Below are positions 10,408 to 19,859 of a stretch of 64,000 nucleotides of DNA, piece by piece (the stretch's first letter is position 1; every line of letters starts with the position of its first letter). Below the pieces are notes generated by a model that saw only the letters and a program-made list of their open reading frames with translations, ran no database searches and was not told the origin of the DNA. The stretch covers positions 9,522 through 73,521 of the forward strand of contig CAMYOD010000037.1 of assembly GCA_947259975.1 (NCBI GenBank), read 5' to 3'. This DNA is from an uncultured Gammaproteobacteria bacterium. Its GTDB lineage: Bacteria; Pseudomonadota; Gammaproteobacteria; HyVt-429. Both the position numbers and the translations under genes were made by a program.

Positions 10408-11190
10408 CTACAGATAGGCGCGTACCAGCGTGCTCCCGGTTACGTGACGCATGAGTACGGTATCGAGATCAAAGTCGGGATCCATCTCGACGGCGCGGGC
10501 CGTCGCTACACCGATGCTGTTGGCGGTGGCCAAATGACGCAGCCACTCGAACTCCGCCGGCGGCAAGGGACGAAACTCGACGTCGAGTTCACGCCGCAGC
10601 ACCAGTAGTGTTACGCCGCCCGCGTCGAGATCGATGGTCGCCTTACCTTCGTCGCTGGCGTCGAACTCGTTTTGATTGACTTCCCAGATGCGTAAGATCG
10701 GATACGGTGACTGCAACAGGCGGCTCGCCGGATGCAGCGCGAACTTGATCTGTTCGTGGTTTGCGGCCGGGATTGCCGCCAGCGACTCCAGGGCCAGCGG
10801 TTCGTGATCGGCGGCATGGAAGACTTCGTGATAGGCCCATTCGAGGCGCGCGACGTCCGGCAGGTAAGCCAACTGGTCGGCGCCCGGGAACGGCGCCAGG
10901 AATTCGGCGAAACTGCCGCCGAAGTCGTGGAGATCGCCGGAGGTGGACGGCTGCGTCTGGATATACTGTCGCGCCGCGTGGGCAAAAAACTCGTTGCCGA
11001 CGAGCTTTTCGACCACGGGAAATACCGCGCGCAGAGCCTCGGTCAGACTCACAAACATATTATTGCGGTAGACCTGCAGTCGCCGCGGGCCGGTGAGGCC
11101 GTTGGCGCGAACAGTCTGCGCGAGCGCGGTGGTCTCGCCCGTAAATACCGCGTCGGCGAAGGCCTGCTGCAATTTACGCAACCCGGACAC
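10408..11190 (-). CDS. MNIO partner protein, DUF2063 (BufC/HvfC-like)
   Basis: LQQAFA, RLQVYRNN, FPVVEKLVG and DVARLEWA motifs; overlaps the DUF692 gene. Confidence 0.87.
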   Translation of the reverse strand: MSGLRKLQQAFADAVFTGETTALAQTVRANGLTGPRRLQVYRNNMFVSLTEALRAVFPVVEKLVGNEFFAHAARQYIQTQPSTSGDLHDFGGSFAEFLAPFPGADQLAYLPDVARLEWAYHEVFHAADHEPLALESLAAIPAANHEQIKFALHPASRLLQSPYPILRIWEVNQNEFDASDEGKATIDLDAGGVTLLVLRRELDVEFRPLPPAEFEWLRHLATANSIGVATARAVEMDPDFDLDTVLMRHVTGSTLVRAYL

Positions 11191-12037
11191 GTTTTTCGCT
11201 CCTTATCGTATCGGCCTTGCGCGCCTCGTCCAGCAGGACGTCGAACGGTGGTACGTCCGTATCCCACTCGATCAAGGTGGGCACGGCGCGGAAGCGGTGT
11301 ATCGCCCTACGGTATAATTCCCAGACATCGTCCGCGACTCGCTGGTTGTGTGTGTCGATCAGAATCTCACCGTCATCGAATCGGTTGACTGTGAAGCCGG
11401 CGAGATGAATCTCCTGGACCGGCGCGATCGGTACCGCATTCAGAAAGGTGAGTGGATCGAAACCGTGGTTGCGCGAATTGACATAGATATTATTGACATC
11501 CAGCAGGATACCGCAACCGGAGCGTTCGGCCACCGCAGTCAGGTATTCCCATTCGGGAACGGTTGACGTCTCGTATTCCAGATAACTCGAAACATTTTCG
11601 ATCAGAATCTGCCGGCCGAGGACATCCTGTACTCGGGCGATCTGCCCGCTGATATGCTCGAGGGTCGCCTCGGTATAGGGCAGCGGCAAGAGGTCGTTCA
11701 GGTAGCGACCGTTCACCGAGCTCCATGACAGGTGCTCGGACACCAGGAATGGTTGGTAGCGATCGATGAGACCCTTAAGTTTGTTGAGATGAGACTTGTT
11801 CGGGGCCTCCGCCGCGCCAAGTGATAGGCCGACGCCGTGCAGGCTTAAAGGGTAATCGCGACGGATTTGGGTCAGGTAGTGGTGCGGTTTTCCGCCGGCA
11901 CCGAAATAGTTTTCGCTGTGGACTTCAAACCAGCCCACGCCGGGTCGGCGTGACAATACATCGTCGTAGTGCTCGGCACGCAGACCCACACCGGTGCTGA
12001 CCGGTGTGGGTTCCGCATTGCTCGGAAGCCGCGCCAT
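11174..12037 (-). CDS. Multinuclear non-heme iron oxidative enzyme (MNIO, DUF692; BufB-like)
   Basis: GxGLRxxH, EVHSENY, HGVGLSLG, SEHLSW, IENVSSY, LLDVNNIYV, EIHLAG, IDTH and LIEWD; start moved to ATG 12037. Confidence 0.95.
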   Translation of the reverse strand: MARLPSNAEPTPVSTGVGLRAEHYDDVLSRRPGVGWFEVHSENYFGAGGKPHHYLTQIRRDYPLSLHGVGLSLGAAEAPNKSHLNKLKGLIDRYQPFLVSEHLSWSSVNGRYLNDLLPLPYTEATLEHISGQIARVQDVLGRQILIENVSSYLEYETSTVPEWEYLTAVAERSGCGILLDVNNIYVNSRNHGFDPLTFLNAVPIAPVQEIHLAGFTVNRFDDGEILIDTHNQRVADDVWELYRRAIHRFRAVPTLIEWDTDVPPFDVLLDEARKADTIRSEKRVRVA

Positions 12038-12060
12038 GGGCTTGGTTGCTCGCGCGCCGA

Positions 12061-12327
12061 CTAACTCTTGGGCTCGGTCGATCCGCCGACGATCTTGTCG
12101 CAACTGCCCTTGGGTATATAGATCCAGGCATCGCCCTGACTGTCTTTGGTCGAGGTTCCGGCACAGGCGGTGGTGTTGGTCTGGCAGTCGTTCTTGCCGG
12201 CCTTCACCACGCCGTAGCACTTTTCCATGGGCGGCGGCGCGGCCATGGCTTGACCGGCGGCGGCCGCGGCGCCGAGGGCAATCAGGCCGCTGATGGCGGT
12301 GGTCACAACGTGTTTCTTGCTCTTCAT
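12061..12327 (-). CDS. Bufferin-type (DUF2282/BufA1-like) exported RiPP precursor
   Basis: Sec signal peptide ending AMA, then four Cys in EKCYGVVKAGKNDC...CAG...WIYIPKGSCDKIVGG; SD GGAGG; directly upstream of DUF692. Confidence 0.9.
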   Translation of the reverse strand: MKSKKHVVTTAISGLIALGAAAAAGQAMAAPPPMEKCYGVVKAGKNDCQTNTTACAGTSTKDSQGDAWIYIPKGSCDKIVGGSTEPKS

Positions 12328-12426
12328 ATTTCCCTCCTTCGGGTTAATGTTTGGATATTATCTGTGTAGGGGCATACAAGCGCGATGCCGGGCATCACGG
12401 TGTGATGGATATTGTCCCACGCCGCT

Positions 12427-12454
12427 TGAGACTACCGCAGCAGTCAAAAGTTTC
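12427..12454 (-). promoter_or_regulatory. Putative ECF (RpoE/AlgU-like) promoter of the MNIO operon
   Basis: Minus strand reads GAAACTT-N16-TCTCA, resembling GAACTT-N16/17-TCTnA; about 100 bp upstream of the precursor. Confidence 0.45.
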
Positions 12455-12552
12455 AATCAAGCATGCGCAACTGCGCTGATTGGGCTGAAAAAACAACAGG
12501 GTATGTGTTTTTCCCGCATCGACAAGCGGTGCGTTTGGTGGGAATTTATCAC

Positions 12553-13656
12553 CTAGTGGCGATAACTGCGGAACAGACTCACCACGGTTGAGTATTGGTG
12601 AAGCTGATTGGCGCCATCGAGCGGTCCGATCTCACCGTTGCCATAGAAGCCGATGAACGGCATGCCGGGGAAACGCGCCTTCATTAATTCGACGTCGCGG
12701 TCGCGGTTGCCGTAAAAGGATGGGCCGCGGCCGATGCAGGGGAACAAAAGTCCGAAATCCGGCTCGCCGGATAGTCCGCCGCGGGCCCGTTCAATCGCCG
12801 CCGCCATATCGCGCTCCGAGGCGAGCGCGTCGCGCATGGCCCAGAACAATCGGTCGCCGCGCATCATCGGATGCGAAAGCGTAATCGAGCGATTGGTGGA
12901 ATCGGCGGAGATGATGTGGTTGAGGCGGTAACGACCCTCGCTGATGGCGGTTTCCGGGTCGCCGAAGGTCACACCGCCGATCAGCAAGTGCAGCGGGATC
13001 TGATCCATCTCGCGGGTGCCGGCGGGCAGGGACTTGATCAACACATTGAGCGCCGGATAGTTTCCCAGCCGCATGATCTCGTAGCCGTCAGCCTCGGCGA
13101 CCTCGATGGGTGCGGTGAGGGCGCGTATGCCCTGCGACACGCTGAGCGCATCTTCGACTCCGCCGATGACGGCATCGGCGGTGCCGCAATCCGCCACGCG
13201 CGCACCAGACCAGACACAAAACGGCCCGCGTGCGGCCAGGTCCGCGGATACGGCGCCGACACGACGCAAGGGTGCATCCAGCCAATCGGCGGTCAGCCCC
13301 TGTGGTGTGCACAGGCTGAGCACCGGCTTGTCGTTTTCGCCCTTCATGAGCGGGTTCAGGGAAATGGGGTCACCAAAGACCATCGCCGCCGCACCCGGGC
13401 TGTCGAGTACCCAATCCTGGTCCGTGATCAAGCCCGGACCGCTGCAGCCGACTACTTGCATGCAGCCGGCCTGCCGCGCCGCCGCGCGTAACGCCGGGCT
13501 CGGATCCTCCGCGTACTCGGCGGTCAGGAATAACACCACGCCGCGTACACATTCGATGTCCGCGCGCTCGATGGCCTGTGCCACCGCCTGCGCCGCATGC
13601 TGCGGGTCGGCGCGCATGCCGTGACTAAGACCAGTGCCTACCAAACCGGTGCTCAT
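12553..13656 (-). CDS. FIST-domain signal transduction protein
   Basis: FIST N and C features: VVGCSG, SQGIR, PCIGRG and GFYGNGEIGP; start overlaps the nth stop (ATGA). Confidence 0.85.
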   Translation of the reverse strand: MSTGLVGTGLSHGMRADPQHAAQAVAQAIERADIECVRGVVLFLTAEYAEDPSPALRAAARQAGCMQVVGCSGPGLITDQDWVLDSPGAAAMVFGDPISLNPLMKGENDKPVLSLCTPQGLTADWLDAPLRRVGAVSADLAARGPFCVWSGARVADCGTADAVIGGVEDALSVSQGIRALTAPIEVAEADGYEIMRLGNYPALNVLIKSLPAGTREMDQIPLHLLIGGVTFGDPETAISEGRYRLNHIISADSTNRSITLSHPMMRGDRLFWAMRDALASERDMAAAIERARGGLSGEPDFGLLFPCIGRGPSFYGNRDRDVELMKARFPGMPFIGFYGNGEIGPLDGANQLHQYSTVVSLFRSYRH

Positions 13657-14288
13657 GCCTTTACTTTATCCTTATATTCACACAAGTCAAAAATGACGCA
13701 TTCATGACACTTCGGTCTACGCGCAGTACAGGTATAGCGACCGTGCAAAATGAGCCAGTGGTGGGCATCGTGGCGGAATTCCACCGGCACCAGCTTGAGC
13801 AGCTTGCGCTCGACGGCGAGCACGGTCTTGCCCGGTGCCAGACGGGTGCGGTTTGAGACACGGAAGATATGGGTATCCACGGCGATGGTCGGTTCGCCGA
13901 ACGCGGTATTCAAAATAACATTTGCGGTTTTACGCCCCACACCCGGCAGCGCCTCAAGGGCCTCACGCGAGGTAGGCACCTCGCCATCGTGTTCTTGTAT
14001 CAGGATCGCGCATGTCCTCATGATGTTGGCGGCCTTGGTGTTGAACAGGCCGATGGTCTTGATGTGCGTTTTCAGTTTACCTAAGCCGAGATCGAGGATC
14101 GCCTGCGGCGTGCCAGCGACCGCGAACAATCGGCTGGTCGCCTTATTGACACTGATGTCGGTTGCCTGCGCCGACAGAATCACCGCGATCAGTAGCTGAA
14201 ATGGATCGCGGTATACCAGTTCTGTGGTCGGAGCGGGATTGACGGCTTTGAATCGCTCGAAGATCTCGCGACGCTTGGCGGCGTTCAT
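13653..14288 (-). CDS. nth: Endonuclease III
   Basis: HhH motif LPGVGRKTANV, VDTH and the [4Fe-4S] motif C-x6-C-x2-C-x5-C. Confidence 0.98.
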   Translation of the reverse strand: MNAAKRREIFERFKAVNPAPTTELVYRDPFQLLIAVILSAQATDISVNKATSRLFAVAGTPQAILDLGLGKLKTHIKTIGLFNTKAANIMRTCAILIQEHDGEVPTSREALEALPGVGRKTANVILNTAFGEPTIAVDTHIFRVSNRTRLAPGKTVLAVERKLLKLVPVEFRHDAHHWLILHGRYTCTARRPKCHECVIFDLCEYKDKVKA

Positions 14289-14328
14289 GTTGGGCGATGC
14301 AGGAGCGGATGACCGGCGCGTGGCGGCG

Positions 14329-15021
14329 CTAGGATTCGGTCACCGGGGCCGCGGTCGCAGCTGGCAGCGCGGCACGGCGTTGTTCCAATCGGCGATCAAT
14401 TACGTTTTTGAGCGCAATCAGCAGACCGAGGCCGATAAATGCGCCCGGTGGCAGGACCGCGAGCAGAAAGCCACGGTAGTCGGGAAACGGGGTCAGGGTC
14501 AGTTCACGGGCCCACTCGCCCAGAACCAGGTGTGTGTTCGCGAACAGTGTGCCGAAACCGATGAATTCACGCAGGGTGCCCAGCACTACTAACGCGCAGG
14601 TGAATCCCAGTCCCATGGTCAGCCCATCCAGTAACGCACGATCGACGCGTTGTTTCGATGCGAACGCCTCGGCACGCCCGATGATGGCGCAGTTTGTCAC
14701 GATCAGCGGTACGAAGATGCCGAGGATCTTGTACAAATCGTACAGGTAGGCATGCATCAGGAGTTCGACGATGGTGACAAAGGCCGCGATTACCAGCACA
14801 AAGACCGGGATACGAATCTCCTTGGGTACCGCGTTGCGAATCAGAGAGACGGTCACGTTTGAGCCGATCAGCACCAGGGTGGTTGCGAGGCCGAGACTCA
14901 CGGCGTTGACGATTGTGCCGCTGACGGCAAGCAAGGGACACAGGCCGAGCAACTGCGCCAGCGCAGGATTGTTATCCCAGAAGCCATCACGGGCGATTCT
15001 TCGGTAGCTGACTTCACTCAT
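14329..15021 (-). CDS. rnfE: Rnf/Rsx complex subunit E
   Basis: [16 protein letters not shown] and LPPGAF motifs. Confidence 0.95.
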   Translation of the reverse strand: MSEVSYRRIARDGFWDNNPALAQLLGLCPLLAVSGTIVNAVSLGLATTLVLIGSNVTVSLIRNAVPKEIRIPVFVLVIAAFVTIVELLMHAYLYDLYKILGIFVPLIVTNCAIIGRAEAFASKQRVDRALLDGLTMGLGFTCALVVLGTLREFIGFGTLFANTHLVLGEWARELTLTPFPDYRGFLLAVLPPGAFIGLGLLIALKNVIDRRLEQRRAALPAATAAPVTES

Positions 15022-15658
15022 GGTTTTGCGATACCGTCGTCGTGCCCGTGTTCAGAAGCGTGTCGCGATGCATGGCAAAAAACTGCAGGCTGTTTTTGAT
15101 CGCCTTGACGATGGCGCGCGGTGTAATGGTTGCGCCGGTCAGTTGCTCGAAATCACCGCCGTCTTTACGCACCCGCCAGCGCGTCGGATTCGGTGCGCTG
15201 AGCGAACGGCCGTCAAAACCACTGATCCAGGGTGAACGTTCAATCTCGATAGCATCACCCAGCCCGGGCGTTTCGCGGTGACTGACGACGCGCACGCCGG
15301 CGACGCGGCCGTCACGCTCAATTGCGACAAGTAACCTGATCGCGCCATTATAGCCATCGGGCGCCACGGCGGTGAAGGCGATGGCCTCAATACGGCCCGC
15401 CCGGCGTGCGCGATACCCGGTGGTGGTTGCCGTTGTGCCGAGCAAATCATTGGCCGGGATCTCAATCGTATCGGTGAGCAGGTCATTCTCGTGTTGCGCT
15501 TCCGGGATCAGTTCATTGAGTCGGCGCAGCAGGGCGTTGCGTTCGCTTTGCGCGATCTGTTCCCGCGTGTTCTCGTAGGTAAATGCGAGCAGTCCGGTGG
15601 CGACGACGGCGAACAGGCCGAGCAGCCACGTGGGACGCAGCAGCGCGCGCAGCATCAT
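15014..15658 (-). CDS. rnfG: Rnf/Rsx complex subunit G
   Basis: APDGYNG, ETPGLGD and FMN-binding TGATIT. Confidence 0.95.
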   Translation of the reverse strand: MMLRALLRPTWLLGLFAVVATGLLAFTYENTREQIAQSERNALLRRLNELIPEAQHENDLLTDTIEIPANDLLGTTATTTGYRARRAGRIEAIAFTAVAPDGYNGAIRLLVAIERDGRVAGVRVVSHRETPGLGDAIEIERSPWISGFDGRSLSAPNPTRWRVRKDGGDFEQLTGATITPRAIVKAIKNSLQFFAMHRDTLLNTGTTTVSQNHE

Positions 15659-16701
15659 GATCCGCGTCCCGTGTCGTGGCCGTAGGTCCGTGGACGCGTG
15701 TAGTGATCGATTACCGGAACCGCCATGTTCATGAGCAATACCGCAAAGGCGACGCCATCGGGGTAGCCGCCCCAGGTGCGTATGACATAGGTGAGCAGGC
15801 CGCAGCCGGCGCCGAACAGTAGCCGACCGCGCACAGTGGTGCTGGTCGTCACCGGGTCGGTGGCGATAAAGAACGCGCCCAGTATGGCTGCGCCGCCGGC
15901 GACATGAAATAGAGGTGAGGCGTAGCGATCAGGCGACCAGCCCCAGAAGATCGCCGCCATGACGGCGAGGCTGACGAGCATGGCGGCGGGAATATGCCAG
16001 GCGATCACGCGCCGATACAGCAACCACAAACCGCCGCCGAGAAAGGCCAGGCTCACCAGTTCCATGCCGGTGCCGGCAGCGGCGCCGAAGATCGGACTCG
16101 TGGCACGCACGGCGGCGACCGGCTCACCCAGGCCGACCTGGGTCTTGAGGCTGTCGAGCGCAGTGGCGGCGGTCAGCGCATCGAGGGTGACTACGTCAGG
16201 GAGTCGTGCGTACAGGCTGAACTGCAGGGATTCGAACAAGCCGAGCCCTTGCTCGATCAACGTATTGGGCGCAGTCCAGCGGGTCATTTCGATGGGAAAG
16301 GAGATGAGCAGGATGGCGTAGCCCGCCATGGCCGGGTTAAACGGGTTGTAACCCAGACCACCGTATAGCTGCTTGACCAGAACAATAGCCAGCAGACAGC
16401 CCAGCACCGGAATCCACCAGGGGCTTAGTGGCGGCAGGGCCAGCGCCAGCAGCACGGCGGTGAGGATCGCGCTGCCGTCCAGCAGAAACGGTCGCAGTGG
16501 ACGTTTGCGCAGCCGCAACATGACCGCCTCGGCCGTCAGCGCGGCGGTGATCGCCAATACGATGTTGATGACCACACCCCAGCCGAAATAGACAACGTAA
16601 ATGACGATGCCGGGGATCAGTGCGTAGAGGGTGTCTAACATCAAGCGACTGACACCCGCGTTTTGCGCCACGTGCGGGGAAGCGGTTTCCGGTGCGAACA
16701 T
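15655..16701 (-). CDS. rnfD: Rnf/Rsx complex subunit D
   Basis: KQLYGGLGYNPFNPAM, ATDPVT and GGYPDGVAF motifs. Confidence 0.95.
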   Translation of the reverse strand: MFAPETASPHVAQNAGVSRLMLDTLYALIPGIVIYVVYFGWGVVINIVLAITAALTAEAVMLRLRKRPLRPFLLDGSAILTAVLLALALPPLSPWWIPVLGCLLAIVLVKQLYGGLGYNPFNPAMAGYAILLISFPIEMTRWTAPNTLIEQGLGLFESLQFSLYARLPDVVTLDALTAATALDSLKTQVGLGEPVAAVRATSPIFGAAAGTGMELVSLAFLGGGLWLLYRRVIAWHIPAAMLVSLAVMAAIFWGWSPDRYASPLFHVAGGAAILGAFFIATDPVTTSTTVRGRLLFGAGCGLLTYVIRTWGGYPDGVAFAVLLMNMAVPVIDHYTRPRTYGHDTGRGS

Positions 16702-16729
16702 TTTAGTCGTGTGTCTTTATTCTGAACTC

Positions 16730-18400
16730 TTATTGATTATCCGGCGTTTCTCGATTCGATGATGACGTAACCGCATCCACAGTCTTGCTGGTCGGCGCCG
16801 CCTCCTGCCGTTCGGTTTGTGCGGCGATTGCATGTTTTACTTCGGCGATCTTCGCATCGCGGGCCGCGTTCAGCTCGGCGGTTTGCTCCATTCGTTTCTG
16901 CTCGGCACGTTCACGGGCGGCTTCAATTGCGGCCTGCCTGGTGCCGCCCGCGCCGGCATCTTTCAGCGCCGCGCGTTTGGCGGCGTGGCGCGCGGCGCGC
17001 TCCTGTTTGTCCCGCGCCAGGCGGAAGGCACGAAATTCAGTGCGCTGGCGCGCAATGTCCGCCTTGCGCTTGTTCCGTTCCTGGGCCCAGATCTCGGTCT
17101 TCGCAAAGCGGTAGTACTGTACCAGCGGAATGTGGCTCGGGCACACATAGCTGCACAGTCCGCATTCGATGCAGTCGAACAGGTTATATGACTGTACCGT
17201 GTCGAATTCTTTCGCCTGCGCGTGCCAGTACAGTTGTTGCGGTAACAGACTGGCCGGACAGACTTCGGCGCAGCGGCCGCAGCGGATACAGGGTAACGTT
17301 GCGTGCCCGACATCGAGTTCGTCGGCGGCCAGGGACAACACGCAATTGGTGGCCTTAATGACTGGCACGCTATCGGATTCGAGGCTAAAGCCCATCATGG
17401 GGCCGCCCATCACGAGTCGTTGTGCGGCATTGTGATAGCCGCCACATTGTTCAATCAGTTCGTGCATAGGTGTGCCGATGAGAACCTCCAGATTGCGCGG
17501 TGTGCGGACGCCGCCGCCGGAGACCGTGACCACACGCGAGATAAGCGGTTCACCCGCGTCGATCGCGCGTTGCAGGGCCGCGGCGGTGGCTACATTTTGG
17601 CAGACCACGCCGATGTCCGGTGGCAGGCCGTCACTGGGCACCTCCTTGCCGGTAAGCACCTGAATCAACTGGCGCTCACCACCGGCGGGATAACGTGTGG
17701 GTACGGGCACGACCTCGATAGCGCCAAAGGCCGCGGCAGCGGCGGACATAGCCGCGATCGCTTGCGGTTTGTCGTCCTCGATACCGACCAGGCATTCATC
17801 GGCCTGCAAGGCGTGCATCATGATTTGCGCGCCGCGCAGGATCGCCTGCGGTTGTTCCCGCATCAACATGTCATCACAGGTGATATACGGCTCGCACTCG
17901 GCGCCGTTCAACACCAGGGTACGCACCCTGTGATGGGGCCCCGGGTTCATTTTTATGAAGCTGGGAAAGGCGGCACCCCCGAGGCCGACCAGGCCGGCGC
18001 AGCGAATGCGATTGCGCAAATCACTCAAGTCGAGCTGCGCGTAGTCCGTGATCGGTGTGCGATCCACCCAACGGTCTTCGCCGTCGGTTTCGATCACGAT
18101 CGTCGGGGCGTCCAGCCCCGAGGCGTGGGGGACGGGTAATAACGTCACATCCACCACGGTACCTGAACTCGAAGCATGTACCGGCGCACCCACATAGTCG
18201 GTGGCCTTGGCGATCATCTGCCCCTTCAGGACATGGTCCCCGGGGGCCACCAACGTTTCACTGGGCTCGCCGATGTGTTGATGCAGCGGCAGATACAGCC
18301 GTTTCGGCAGCACCGCCCGCAAGATCGCTTGCGACGTCGAAATGTGTTTATGACCGGGCAGTCGCAGGCCGCCGGGAAAATCGTGTAGTGGACGATTCAT
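16730..18400 (-). CDS. rnfC: Rnf/Rsx complex subunit C
   Basis: [18 protein letters not shown], two CxxCxxCxxxCP ferredoxin motifs and an Ala/Arg-rich tail. Confidence 0.96.
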   Translation of the reverse strand: MNRPLHDFPGGLRLPGHKHISTSQAILRAVLPKRLYLPLHQHIGEPSETLVAPGDHVLKGQMIAKATDYVGAPVHASSSGTVVDVTLLPVPHASGLDAPTIVIETDGEDRWVDRTPITDYAQLDLSDLRNRIRCAGLVGLGGAAFPSFIKMNPGPHHRVRTLVLNGAECEPYITCDDMLMREQPQAILRGAQIMMHALQADECLVGIEDDKPQAIAAMSAAAAAFGAIEVVPVPTRYPAGGERQLIQVLTGKEVPSDGLPPDIGVVCQNVATAAALQRAIDAGEPLISRVVTVSGGGVRTPRNLEVLIGTPMHELIEQCGGYHNAAQRLVMGGPMMGFSLESDSVPVIKATNCVLSLAADELDVGHATLPCIRCGRCAEVCPASLLPQQLYWHAQAKEFDTVQSYNLFDCIECGLCSYVCPSHIPLVQYYRFAKTEIWAQERNKRKADIARQRTEFRAFRLARDKQERAARHAAKRAALKDAGAGGTRQAAIEAARERAEQKRMEQTAELNAARDAKIAEVKHAIAAQTERQEAAPTSKTVDAVTSSSNRETPDNQ

Positions 18401-18945
18401 TGCCGCGATCCCATCCCCTGCGGATAAGGCCAGGTCCAGGTTTCGATGGTGTCGCTAATGGGCACCATCTCGATGCAGTCCACCGGGCATGGCGGCAGGC
18501 AAAGGTCGCAACCGGTGCATTCCTCGGCAATCACGGTATGCATTTGTTTCGGGGCACCGAGAATCGCATCTACCGGGCAGGCCTGAATGCACAGCGTGCA
18601 GCCGATGCAGGTTTCTTCGTCGATGACCGCGACGGTCTTCGGCGCGGTCTCGCCGTGCTCCGCGTTGAGGGGTTTGGGTTCCCTGCCCAGCAGATCGGCG
18701 AGCGCCTGAATCGTCGTCTCGCCGCCGGGTGGACATTGATTGATGTCGGCTTCGTCGCGGGCCATGGCTTCGGCGTAAGGGCGACAGCCGGCAAAGGTAC
18801 ACTGGCCGCACTGGGTTTGCGGTAACAGCGCATCGATCTCGTCCACCAGGGGGTCGCCCTCGACGCGAAAGCGGATGGCGGCATAACCTAGGATTGCGCC
18901 GAACAATACGGCCAACCCGGTCACAATGGCGACGGCTTCAAACAT
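18397..18945 (-). CDS. rnfB: Rnf/Rsx complex subunit B
   Basis: LPQTQCGQC and two 4Fe-4S motifs. Confidence 0.96.
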   Translation of the reverse strand: MFEAVAIVTGLAVLFGAILGYAAIRFRVEGDPLVDEIDALLPQTQCGQCTFAGCRPYAEAMARDEADINQCPPGGETTIQALADLLGREPKPLNAEHGETAPKTVAVIDEETCIGCTLCIQACPVDAILGAPKQMHTVIAEECTGCDLCLPPCPVDCIEMVPISDTIETWTWPYPQGMGSRQ

Positions 18946-19002
18946 GGATAGGGTGCCGTGTGCTCAAGAATCGATTGGCAAGAAGTAATTTGACGACCGC
19001 CA

Positions 19003-19578
19003 CTAAACCAGGCCGGAAAAACCCATAAAGGCGATGCTCATCAGGCCCGCCGTGATCAGCGCGATGGCCGCACCCTTGAATGGCGCGGGTACGTCAGCAA
19101 CGTCCAGGCGTTCACGGATCCCGGCGAACAGGATTAGCACCAGAGAGAATCCCAGCGCGGCGCCGAAACCGTACAGCGCCGACTCGATAAAGCCCTTGCT
19201 CTCCTGGATGTTGAGTAACGCGACACCGAGTACCGCACAGTTGGTGGTAATCAGCGGCAGGAAAATCCCCAATACCTGGTACAGCAATGGGCTGGTCTTG
19301 TGCACGACCATCTCGGTGAACTGCACCACGGCCGCGATCACCAGGATAAAGGACAGGGTGCGCAGGTAACCCAGATCGAAGGGTTCCAGTAGATAGGTAT
19401 TGATCAGATAACTGGCCACCGCGGACAGGGTCAACACGAAAGTGGTGGCCATGGCCATGCCCACCGCCGTATCGACCTTGCGCGACACGCCCATGAACGG
19501 GCACAGCCCGAGGAATTTCACCAGCACGAAGTTGTTGACCAACACCGTGCCGACCAGAATCAGCGCGTATTCCGCCAT
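19003..19578 (-). CDS. rnfA: Rnf/Rsx complex subunit A
   Basis: [11 protein letters not shown] and [12 protein letters not shown] motifs. Confidence 0.96.
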   Translation of the reverse strand: MAEYALILVGTVLVNNFVLVKFLGLCPFMGVSRKVDTAVGMAMATTFVLTLSAVASYLINTYLLEPFDLGYLRTLSFILVIAAVVQFTEMVVHKTSPLLYQVLGIFLPLITTNCAVLGVALLNIQESKGFIESALYGFGAALGFSLVLILFAGIRERLDVADVPAPFKGAAIALITAGLMSIAFMGFSGLV

Positions 19579-19676
19579 GCCAGAAGCTTATTTGTTACCT
19601 AACCGGTTGATCGGATGTGTAAAACGAGACACATAGTATGAGGATGGCGCCGTCGTGACACAACCTGACAACAAAT

Positions 19677-19812
19677 AGGGGCGAGGAGCGAGGAACCAGT
19701 GTCGAGGAACGAAACCTGAAGGAGCGCCGCCCTCGGCGGGTTCTATTCGCGGCCAGGGGCCGCGCCTACCGAAGAACAGGGACGAGGGTCGAGGAATCAG
19801 TGTCGAGGAACG
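19677..19812 (+). repeat. Two 35-bp direct repeats, each of five degenerate AGGNNCG heptamers, enclosing a REP-like doublet
   Basis: 19677-19711 AGGGGCG AGGAGCG AGGAACC AGTGTCG AGGAACG; 19778-19812 AGGGACG AGGGTCG AGGAATC AGTGTCG AGGAACG (31/35 identical). Confidence 0.85.
19747..19769 (-). repeat. GTAG-type REP-like palindrome (left copy)
   Basis: Minus strand GTAGG-CGCGGCC-CCT-GGCCGCG-A; 21/23 identical to 21280-21302. Confidence 0.7.
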
Positions 19813-19859
19813 AAGTGGGCCGGGGCGCTGCCTTGGTGCGAATCCTTCGTTGCCTGCGG

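Noticed and set aside
12038..12220. Apparent N-terminal extension of DUF692 overlapping the precursor
   Set aside because: Out-of-frame read of the precursor gene; family similarity starts after ATG 12037.
19677..19812. Possible mini-CRISPR (two 35-bp repeats)
   Set aside because: Only two imperfect copies built from heptamers, a 66-bp spacer that is itself REP-like, and no cas genes.
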